Source: a virus (Duplodnaviria; Caudoviricetes). Taken from it: DNA of 64,000 nt. Made by a program: the position numbers and the translations under genes. Each line of letters begins with the position of its first letter. Position 1 is the stretch's first letter. The stretch is from positions 124,070 through 188,069 of IMG/VR virus record IMGVR_UViG_3300014205_000003. One strand, 5' to 3'. Shown here in pieces: positions 54,146-62,771 of the stretch. Under the pieces are notes generated by a model. It was given only the letters and a program-made list of their open reading frames with translations, did no database searches and was not told the origin of the DNA.

Positions 54146-55441
54146 ATGTCCTCAGTAAACCATGAAGAACTTGTTGAATCCATGCGCGCTGCCTACGGTC
54201 CTGTCTTCAATACTCGTAACTACGAAACTGGCCTCTTCGATGATGAGAACTTTAAGCGTGATCCCATTATGATCTGGGGCGCTCCGGGTATTGGCAAGTC
54301 TGATGTCGTCAAGTCCTTCGGCAGGACTATGGCAGCTGAAACTGCTGTGGGCACTTGGCTGGACAATAAGTACGTGCCTACGAAAGATGGACGAACTTTC
54401 TTCGACTGGAACAAGAGTTCTTTTCTCGAGAAGAAACGCCTTCTCTTCGACGAAGACTTCCGTCGTAAGGTTTTCATCTACGTAGACTTCCGTCTTGTCC
54501 AGTGTGACGCTGTGGATATTCGTGGATGTCTGGCAATGACTGACACAGACAATCTCTTGACTTGGAAGACTCCTCTCGTCTTCTTGGTTCTCTGTGAGAA
54601 AGGTGCGGCTGGTATCCTGTTCTTTGACGAGTTCACTTGTGCTCCTCCAATGGTTCAGACCACCTGTCTGCAGCCTCTGTTGGATCACTCTGTTGGTGAC
54701 AATGGACTTCAGCGAGATGTCTACATCCTTGCCGCAGGCAACACTGCAGAACATCGTGCTAGTGTCTATGAAATGTCTGCTCCTGTCGCTAATCGTTTCT
54801 GTCATGCTTGGCTCTCTGCTCCTTCTGTCAAGGACTGGGCAAAGAACTATGCGTACGGACACGGTGTGGATGATCGTATCATTGCTTATCTGATGTGGAA
54901 GCCTGACGCATTCATCTCAGACGCCAAGTGCATCAAGGATGCTAAGAATCAGGCTTTTGCTACAGCTCGTTCGTGGGTTATGGCAAGTCGTCAGATTCGT
55001 GGACTGAGCGTCGACAAGTGTCGGATGCCTGTCAGCAATTGTGTAGGTGATGCCAATGGCTCTAACTTCGTAGCCTTCCTCAAGGTCTACAAAACTATCA
55101 ACGTCAATGAGATCTTTGAGAACCCGACTGCTGCCATCAAGAAGTATGGCAAGGACTCTCAGCTCTTGTGGGCTCTGACCTCTGTTGTGACTAGTCGCTA
55201 TGTGGAAGAACCGAAGTTGTTTCCGAAGGTGATGGAGATCGTTGAAGGTCTGTGGAACACTGCAGACTGGAACGATTATGCGGTTGCGTTGATGCAGATG
55301 GTTCGTCATTGTTCGCTGCATTGTGGCCACAGTGTTGAGAGTTTCAGTAAGCAGATCCTGAAGTTTCCGAAATATATGAAGACGCTTGCTGTGATGGACA
55401 AGTTCCTTGGTAAGGACAGCGACGTCCAACTGGAGGCATAA
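54146..55441 (+). CDS. MoxR-type AAA+ ATPase
   Basis: WGAPGIGKS, ILFFDE, LAAGN, PVANRF, ARSW. Confidence 0.88.
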   Translation: MSSVNHEELVESMRAAYGPVFNTRNYETGLFDDENFKRDPIMIWGAPGIGKSDVVKSFGRTMAAETAVGTWLDNKYVPTKDGRTFFDWNKSSFLEKKRLLFDEDFRRKVFIYVDFRLVQCDAVDIRGCLAMTDTDNLLTWKTPLVFLVLCEKGAAGILFFDEFTCAPPMVQTTCLQPLLDHSVGDNGLQRDVYILAAGNTAEHRASVYEMSAPVANRFCHAWLSAPSVKDWAKNYAYGHGVDDRIIAYLMWKPDAFISDAKCIKDAKNQAFATARSWVMASRQIRGLSVDKCRMPVSNCVGDANGSNFVAFLKVYKTINVNEIFENPTAAIKKYGKDSQLLWALTSVVTSRYVEEPKLFPKVMEIVEGLWNTADWNDYAVALMQMVRHCSLHCGHSVESFSKQILKFPKYMKTLAVMDKFLGKDSDVQLEA

Positions 55442-55842
55442 ATATGTACGACATTGCTTGGAAAGAGTTGACCTACAAGACAGGTAAGTTTTACGGAGTC
55501 TGTAATAACTGTTTCAAGATTGGTTCTGTTGTGTTTGAAGCTTTGGAAGATGAAAATGATGGCTATCGCAGCTCCTTGAAAGGTGTTAATGTTCTGACAG
55601 ATGAAGAAGTAAAGAGTCGAGATTTGATTTTCTTTCATGAGTCTATAGCACAGGTCAAAATTATCACAGACGAAGACAATCTTTATTTGGCAGATACAAC
55701 AACAGGACACACATGGCTTCGAGTAGGGACAGACACTACAGATTCCTGCTATCCGATGTTCCGTTTCGAGTACACGCCTGTAGATTCTAAATGGCACAAA
55801 GATAACATCCTAAACACAGTGTCCTTGCACTTGGAGGATTGA

Positions 55843-57270
55843 GTGGCTGAACAAGAGAATCCGTATAAGGACTCAGATGTTCTGAAAGAGGTCTTGGCTA
55901 GGAAGCGCTGTACGCTTTCTGGTCAGGACTGTATGAAGCGAAGTCGTGTAAGGCTCATGAACAAGTCTCCCTTCTATGGAAGTATGCTCATGGGCTTTCG
56001 CTTCGTCGAGTCAGCTAAAATTCCTACGATGTGCATCGGTAAGTCTGACGTCATTGAATACAACGAGGACTGGGCACGTAAGCTTACAGATCCTGAGCGT
56101 GAGACTGAACTGTGTCATGAGATCTGGCACAGGATCAATTGCCACGTTGAGCGCGGATTTAATTGGTTAAAGAGGTGTCGAGACAAGAAGCTAAGCTATT
56201 ATCCAGGTATTGCCAACTTGGCGATGGATCTCAAGAATGATGCTGTCCTTGCACGTGATGAAGGACGTATCTTCTTCCCTGGCGTGATTCGCACAGAAGC
56301 TGACGGAAGTTATCTGTTGAAGCAGAAAGGTCAACCTGATTATCACATCCAAGACATTTCTGCTAAGACCTGGGAACAGATCTACGACGAGATCATCAAT
56401 CAGCTGCGGAAGTCTGGTGGTTCTGGCAAAGGTCAGAAGGGCAAAGGATTTGGCGAAGGTCAGCCTCTGGATGTCTCTTCACTCATAGAAGGTCATCCAG
56501 ACAACGATACGAGCTCCAAGAGCCCTCAGGAAGGCCAGAAGAATGATGAAGAGGGTAATGGTGAAGGTGGATGCCCTGCAGAGGTTCCAGACATGTCTGA
56601 AGAGCTTTCAGATATCTGGAAGAGCCAACTCGCTACTGCAGTAGCTGTTGCCAAGCAGAAGGGAAACATTCCTGCAGGCTTGGAGAAGTATGTGGACGAT
56701 GTGTTGGAAGAGAAGGTTTGTTTCAGGGAGCGTCTTTCACGTTTCATGACACAGCTGGTTCCTTTCGACTACACTTGGGCAAAGCCCAGCCGACGTTCGC
56801 AGATCTCAGGTTACTACATGCCTTCTACTAAGAAGGAGTCTTTTGAGTTTGTATGTTCTGTTGACACTAGTGGAAGTTGTTGGAATGACATCACCGACTT
56901 CGTCGGGGGCATCCAGCAGATTCTCAACAGTTTCAACAACACGACAGGCTGGCTGATGTATTGCGATTGTGCTCTGTACAAAGTAATAGACTTGACAGAC
57001 GCTTCTCGTGATACAAATGATTGGAAGAAGCCTGAAGGTGGCGGTGGAACTTCTCATAAACCTGTTCTTGATTGGATCGTTGAGAACAAGCCTGAGGTCA
57101 AGTTGTACATATGTTTCACTGACACATACAGTGATTTGGAGACGCAGCTGAAGCGGTTGCCTGATGGTTGTGCGAAGATCTTGGTTATTCCTCAGAGGGA
57201 CGACCATTTGATCGAGCAGTGGGAAGACAGGTTCGATGACGTGATGTGGATGAAGGATAAGGCGTACTGA
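55843..57270 (+). CDS. HExxH metallopeptidase-like plus VWA domain protein (DUF2201 type)
   Basis: HEIWH, NLAMD, W..PSRR, VDTSGS, GGGGT, FTD. Confidence 0.85.
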   Translation: MAEQENPYKDSDVLKEVLARKRCTLSGQDCMKRSRVRLMNKSPFYGSMLMGFRFVESAKIPTMCIGKSDVIEYNEDWARKLTDPERETELCHEIWHRINCHVERGFNWLKRCRDKKLSYYPGIANLAMDLKNDAVLARDEGRIFFPGVIRTEADGSYLLKQKGQPDYHIQDISAKTWEQIYDEIINQLRKSGGSGKGQKGKGFGEGQPLDVSSLIEGHPDNDTSSKSPQEGQKNDEEGNGEGGCPAEVPDMSEELSDIWKSQLATAVAVAKQKGNIPAGLEKYVDDVLEEKVCFRERLSRFMTQLVPFDYTWAKPSRRSQISGYYMPSTKKESFEFVCSVDTSGSCWNDITDFVGGIQQILNSFNNTTGWLMYCDCALYKVIDLTDASRDTNDWKKPEGGGGTSHKPVLDWIVENKPEVKLYICFTDTYSDLETQLKRLPDGCAKILVIPQRDDHLIEQWEDRFDDVMWMKDKAY

Positions 57271-57277
57271 AGTATTT

Positions 57278-57315
57278 GAAGAGCTCCTTGGGCTATACAG
57301 TTCAGGGAGCTCTTC
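57278..57315 (+). terminator. Stem-loop after the VWA gene
   Basis: gaagagctccttg...cagggagctcttc. Confidence 0.5.
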
Positions 57316-57335
57316 TCAATTTGTAGGAGAAATCT

Positions 57336-59741
57336 GTGAAACATTTCGTAAAGTGTAGAAGAGTCTTTGAGAGTTGGTGTCCTGCTCACCGCTATCTGAT
57401 CAGACTCTTCGGCGTGTACTATGTGCAATCGATCCAGTATCCTACATTACTCTTTCTCAATCAGACAGTAGGTGCTCCTAAGTTCAGACTTTACAATCTG
57501 TGGGGCGACTACATCCTGAGTGACGACACAGGATGGCAACCAATTATAGACAAAGCTGAAGCAGACTTTCCACAAGAGCCTGCATACTGGAGATGGACAG
57601 AACCAGACGATCTGAGATATCCTTTCAACTTTGAAAGTTGCAGACACTGCTTCAGTCAGAGCGTTCAAAATCGAGTCGATGTAATGGTAAGGGTTGACAG
57701 ATTATGAAGCTCGAGAAAGAGTTCTTGGAGAATCCCGCAAACGCTGGAAAGATTCTGCTTCCACAAACTCCGTACACATACACAGACAAAAGTCGGACAC
57801 ATCGTCTTCTGTGCATGTACTTGATCTTGGGAACATATCCCTTGACGCTTTGGCATTATCAGCTTAATGTTGAAGATCGGGATCGATTCTGGTTGAGGCA
57901 GCCAGACGGCTTTGCTTACATAGCGAACGCGTTGTGTCAGACAGTTATCCAAGACGCAGAACAGTTTACTTCAAACATCTTGGGACAAGGAAAAACACAA
58001 CAAGTAGCTTCGTATATGTCTCCACAGCCTATTGAATATTGCAGTAGCTTGTCCTACTATGCGGTTCGTCATTGCTTCTCCCAAGAAGACCAAGATAAAA
58101 TTGCATGTTGCTTAACGCTTTGTCAGTTGTAAAGGAGACAGATGCAACTCGAACGCTTTTACAAATGTCAGACTCCGATAAGAATTAGAAATTATAGAGA
58201 CCGCCCTGAAGAAAACTTAGAACTCTTAGGTGTCTACATAGCGCCTAGGATTCTGTTTCCGGTCTATATCTTCCTAGATGTCAAAGACAATCCTGCGTGC
58301 TTCCAAGAACGCTACAAGATCTTCAACGCGCAAGGCGATTTTCTGAAGACTGAATCATCTCTGTTGGAGGCACTTAGAGTTATAGACAAACACACCAATA
58401 GCACTTACTGGAAAGAAGAACCCAACACATTATACGCACGGTGGAGAGCTTTCTCTTGGAAGAAGTTTCGTCCGCACTTCAGTGAAGAAACTCAACTACT
58501 CGTAGATACAATCTTAGTGTTGCACAATCTGTAAACGCACAGATGTGCACTTTCAGAGAAAGGAGGAAGCTCTTTGATTTTCTTGAAGCCTATTAGACCT
58601 TACAGATCGAAGCTTGGAGATCCTGAACAGCACAAGTCAGGAAATCCATTATACGCGTCCGACTACGACTTCGAAGGCTTCTACATACACAAAGGGTATT
58701 TACCCTTTCAAGTCTGGAAGCTTGTGCCTCACAACGACCCGAATATAAACTTGGATCTCTTCTCATATCTTCTGCTTGATCATACAGGACGCCATCAGGT
58801 AAGTGCTAACTATTTAACAGATGAAGAGTTCTTGCAACTTGCTTATGATAATTGGGGAACTCGAGGTTCTTTTCCATACCCTCAAGCCACTTGGTCAATC
58901 ATCAAAGAGTATTTGTCTCCAGAAGATGTGGAAACCATAAGAGCCCTTCGTGTACTAAACGAACTGTAGAAAGGAGTTGTATGTCCAGAAGCACTAAGCG
59001 ACAAGCTGTTTATGGAAGTTGTCACAGGAATCCTAAAGGTCGCAAGCAGATCAGGATTGCCTGTGAAGATGATGTTCCTCCGCGTAAAGGAGCGATTCCT
59101 CCAGACGCTTGGGAAGACCTTCCGCGAGACAAGCAAGCAGGCCTTATCTGGCACTTGGCAATCAAACTCAAACGTAAAGACAAGCTCTCCTACGACGAGG
59201 TTTATGAGAAGCTGAGGAATAAGTTCAAAGCGTCGGAACTCCAATACGTCATCAACAGGCTCAAACGATGTCACTGGTAGCCTCTAAGTGCGTCTGTCGT
59301 AGAATGAGAAAATATGGCATGGAGGAGATTCTGTATGTAGAGTCTAATCCTAACTTACCTGACTTGTACTTGTGGAAGCCTATGAGGGTTGACAAGCACT
59401 TCTTTCAGGATGCCTCTTTTGTTAGTCTCAACATGTTGATTGCTGTAGGTTTGTTTGGACCGTGTCCTGTTGTGTTCTATACCGTTCCAGTAGACTCAGA
59501 TCAAGCTGGAACGATATCTCTAGGACTAAACAGACACACAAACTACTACGAAGCTTTTGGTCTTACCTCTGGCAATCACATACATCAGCTTCAAGCACTC
59601 GAAAGCTTCTACTCCCGGTTTATAAACCCTCCAAGTAGAAATCTTGATTTGGACAAAGCACGTTGGTTAGCCATCAAATGTCTCTTCCCACCACAAGCAA
59701 GAGAAATGGTCGAAGCTCGCAAGAGAATAGACTTACTATGA
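57336..59741 (+). CDS. Tandem 120-155-aa proteins with a shared C-terminal helix (57336, 57704, 58142, 58574, 59268) plus 58981-59280
   Basis: Ends such as HCFSQEDQDKIACCLTLCQL and PHFSEETQLLVDTILVLHNL. Confidence 0.65.
58537..58548. repeat. Palindrome copy 8 (intergenic)
   Basis: aaacGCACAGATGTGCacttt. Confidence 0.85.
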
Positions 59742-59754
59742 AAGGAATCACACA

Positions 59755-60273
59755 ATGAGACTCATTACAGCAATCATTCTGTTCGTAACTGCTAGTGTCT
59801 TCGGACAAACTCCTGAACAACGTCTGAATCGATTGGAACAACAAACACGAGACGCCAACTTTAAATCCTCTATCAATGCGCTGAATGCTAGGTATGACGC
59901 TGAGAGTAATTCTAGACAATCGGAATTCAGTCAACGTCAAGCCTCTACAGACGCTAATACGATCTATCGTCTCATGCATCAACCACGTGCTGTAGAAGCT
60001 CCTGTACTCTCTTATCACGAGCAATTTCTTGCAGATACCAAGTACGTAATGGCCGCTAAAGATTATTACGACTACCCATCGGTTACAAATCCTGATGGAG
60101 AAGTACTCAAGAGAAAGAGCATCGCTCACTACTTTGTCTATCTTGGCAAAATTACCATGCAATCAAGACTCGGACCTAAGTATGGGGATTGGTATGAACA
60201 ACGACAATTTGACTTCAAGCAAGAAGTACTTCCACTCCTGCAAGACGCCTTCCCCGGTCGATACGGTAAGTAG
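59755..60273 (+). CDS. Secreted protein with signal peptide
   Basis: MRLITAIILFVTASVFG-Q. Confidence 0.65.
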   Translation: MRLITAIILFVTASVFGQTPEQRLNRLEQQTRDANFKSSINALNARYDAESNSRQSEFSQRQASTDANTIYRLMHQPRAVEAPVLSYHEQFLADTKYVMAAKDYYDYPSVTNPDGEVLKRKSIAHYFVYLGKITMQSRLGPKYGDWYEQRQFDFKQEVLPLLQDAFPGRYGK

Positions 60274-60332
60274 TTTCTCTTCGTCCTCTTGAGGTTATGT
60301 TAGATATTACTTCAACAAGGAGAATATCTGAC

Positions 60333-60596
60333 ATGAACGCTGCTAAACTTCTTCAAGACAGTGCAATTAATTCCGCTCAGTACAAAACCATTGTCAAAGA
60401 CAACAGCGCTGCGGGTTTGCAGTGGGTCGGAATTGCTGCCCCAGGTTCTGCTACTTCCGCTGCTGTCTGGCAGATCAAACGCATCACTACGACTGTCGAC
60501 GGAGCTGTTGAGACTACTCTGATCGAGTGGGCAGACAGCAACTTAAAGTTCGACAATATCTTCGACAACGCTATGACAACCATTGTATATGGGTAA
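60333..60596 (+). CDS. Hypothetical phage protein
   Basis: AAGGAG RBS; WVGIAAPGSATSAAVWQIKRI. Confidence 0.6.
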   Translation: MNAAKLLQDSAINSAQYKTIVKDNSAAGLQWVGIAAPGSATSAAVWQIKRITTTVDGAVETTLIEWADSNLKFDNIFDNAMTTIVYG

Positions 60597-60599
60597 CCA

Positions 60600-60622
60600 A
60601 TGACTATAGTCAGAGTCAAATG
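60600..60622 (+). pseudogene. Orphan 5' fragment (MTIVRVK) of the zinc-finger gene now at 61979
   Basis: GAGTCAAATG at 60613-60622 is repeated at 61998-62007; both encode VRVK. Confidence 0.65.
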
Positions 60623-60644
60623 GTTGTAGCTAAGCGGGGCTTCT

Positions 60645-61721
60645 CTACTTTTGAGCTTGGGCGACCATAGACTGCCCAAAGGTTCCGAGGTGTTTAGCGA
60701 GAATGTTGCAAGCTCCGACGTAGTCGGCATCAGCAGAATGACCGCAGCTGATACAAGCAAACTTCTCTCCCTGTCTATTGTCTTTCGACACCGTGCCACA
60801 TGCAGGACAGCATCGCGAGGTATTGGCTGGATCTACGAACACAACGCGAACACCGTTCCGTTGTGCTTTGTACTCAATCCAGTTGATCGCCTGACGTACT
60901 GTCCACGGTGCCATAGCTTTACGAAATGCTTTTCCTCTGTTTTGTTGTTTTCCTTGTTTGATTCCTCTAAGGTCTTCTAGTACGATTGTCTGTAAGGACT
61001 TCCAAGGCAGTTGATTTACGGATTCTCGAATGTACTGATCACGATGCTTACGAGCTTGCAGGTTGCTCTTTGAGCCTTTCTTGGAAGTCTTTACAGCATC
61101 GCAAAGAGGCGAAACTATATTTCCTAGGAATTTTCCAGAAGATAGTGAGAGAAGTTTGTTCTTCCCTAGATCAATTCCCAGTACATCTCCTGTGCTCTTC
61201 GTCTCTTTATCTACCACGTCAACAAAGAGTGTAATTCTGTCAGAATACAAAGATGCACTAGATGAGAGGACAGCCCCAGGTTCTGCTAGAAGTTTGTTTA
61301 GGTGGGCGTGCTTTTTACACGGAAGTGCAAGCCTCTTCCCTTTCTTCAGATATGACACTTTGATCAAAAGATCAAATTCTTTTAGTGATGTTGTTTGTAC
61401 AACAGTACAGGTTAGTTCGGTAAGATCTACAGGACCATTGTATTTAGATGTTTTGTGTGATTTAGTTTTCTTGCTCAATTTCCTAGGAGTATTGTGAATA
61501 CTGAGCGCTTTCTTAAATGCAGAGCCTCTAAGATTAGCAGACAGCCTTGTCTCCGTAGGCGAAACGAGGCTTTGTGTTTTGGCGTCAAAGGAACCTCTTC
61601 CTTTAGGCAAACGTACAAGGTAGAGGTTCACAATACGACAATATTCAGTACGCAGATTCGCAACAGCTTTCTTCTTAGAGGCTGTTAAGAACTTCAATGA
61701 AATGTTTACAGAGAGTTGCAC
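60645..61721 (-). CDS. tnpB: TnpB (Cas12f-like) RNA-guided endonuclease
   Basis: GIDLG, VLEDL, TSRCCPACG/CISCG, DADYVGACNI. Confidence 0.92.
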   Translation of the reverse strand: MQLSVNISLKFLTASKKKAVANLRTEYCRIVNLYLVRLPKGRGSFDAKTQSLVSPTETRLSANLRGSAFKKALSIHNTPRKLSKKTKSHKTSKYNGPVDLTELTCTVVQTTSLKEFDLLIKVSYLKKGKRLALPCKKHAHLNKLLAEPGAVLSSSASLYSDRITLFVDVVDKETKSTGDVLGIDLGKNKLLSLSSGKFLGNIVSPLCDAVKTSKKGSKSNLQARKHRDQYIRESVNQLPWKSLQTIVLEDLRGIKQGKQQNRGKAFRKAMAPWTVRQAINWIEYKAQRNGVRVVFVDPANTSRCCPACGTVSKDNRQGEKFACISCGHSADADYVGACNILAKHLGTFGQSMVAQAQK

Positions 61722-61909
61722 GGGTTCTCTACTTTTGTCACGAACGCGGAGCTTTTTCCTGCAAGAGCTGTAATCGAATCCACAGAAACCTTACGCTGTT
61801 TAGAAGGAGTCCTGTAAGATTCTACAATCCCTTTATCAATCCAACGACGTAAAGTATCTCTGTGAACCCCTAGCATCTTAGCGGCTTTTCCTATTGACAT
61901 GTAGAGCAT
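61706..61909 (-). CDS. 67-aa MerR/excisionase-like HTH protein
   Basis: MLYMSIGKAAKMLGVHRDTLRRWIDKG..SYRTPSKQRKVS; AAAGGA RBS. Confidence 0.85.
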   Translation of the reverse strand: MLYMSIGKAAKMLGVHRDTLRRWIDKGIVESYRTPSKQRKVSVDSITALAGKSSAFVTKVENPCNSL

Positions 61910-61978
61910 GTTGCATATCCTTTCGTTATGATAAATACTACAGCACATGGTTTCAACAAATAAGGAGTCCGTTTACGT

Positions 61979-62143
61979 ATGACAAAGCAAACAGTACGAG
62001 TCAAATGCACTAAGTGCGATGGCGTAGGCTTCGTTAAGGTTGACAGCAAGCTTCGTGTTTGTCCTGTATGTCTTGGCAACAAAACCATTCGCTACGATAC
62101 AGAAGCCATCAAGAAGCCTCAACAGCTTCGCATCGACAACTAG
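61979..62143 (+). CDS. 54-aa zinc-finger protein (CxxCxGxG...CxxCxG; not in the ORF track)
   Basis: MTKQTVRVKCTKCDGVGFVKVDSKLRVCPVCLGNKTIRYD...; TAAGGAG RBS. Confidence 0.75.
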   Translation: MTKQTVRVKCTKCDGVGFVKVDSKLRVCPVCLGNKTIRYDTEAIKKPQQLRIDN

Positions 62144-62163
62144 CTGTCATCAAGTCTTTATCT

Positions 62164-62200
62164 AGAGCTCAGGTCACAACGATCTGAGCTTTTTGCTTTT
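62164..62200 (+). terminator. Rho-independent terminator
   Basis: agagctcaggtc-acaac-gatctgagcttt followed by a T-rich tail. Confidence 0.65.
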
Positions 62201-62771
62201 CCACTATAGAAGGAGTGTTTCCTACGTATGCCCAAGCAAGAAGTAAGAGTGAACATCGAGAGACTGTTGGATGATGCTGTAGAGCGTGGAGTCGGCTACG
62301 GCTTCATGCACACTATCAAGCACATGGAAGGTCTTGTCATCAGCGACAGTCAAGAGTATCACATCAAAGAAGGTGTTCGAGAAGCTGTGATGAGCGAGTT
62401 GTATGATGTGATTCGATTTCCAAGCTTTGATGAAGACGAGATAGCAGATATTGTCAAACGCGAACTGGAGAAATATCATGACGAAGAAGCAAGGCTGCGA
62501 GAACTTGAGCGGACTGCTGAAGGCAGAAGTACCGCTGATACAGAAACACTTAGAGCGCCACAAGTACTTCAAGCACATTGTGAGTGAAGACGAAGCCCTT
62601 TTGAGCTTTGTCAAAGAGTATGGTCCGATGATCAAAGAGATTTACTGCATGTTCGCCTGTGAACTTAAAGATGTCTGCCAACACGCAGAAGACTTACGTA
62701 ATGGGTTGGTTGAAAAGAACCCCGAAGAAGCGTAACACACAGCAACCAGAAAACAAGAAAGAAAACACACC

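Larger units (their letters stand above)
60623..62007 (-). mobile_element. TnpB cassette 3: replacement gene start + promoter + HTH + tnpB + omegaRNA
   Basis: Right end is a hairpin plus AAC at 60623; same architecture as cassettes 1 and 2. Confidence 0.75.

Noticed and set aside
4747-58548. Palindrome as CRISPR repeats or MITE ends
   Set aside because: Copies are single, kilobases apart, only 12-18 bp, and have no shared internal sequence or target duplication
18337-61721. TnpBs as CRISPR-Cas12f effectors or nuclease-dead regulators
   Set aside because: No repeat-spacer array was seen, and all four proteins retain the D-E-D RuvC residues
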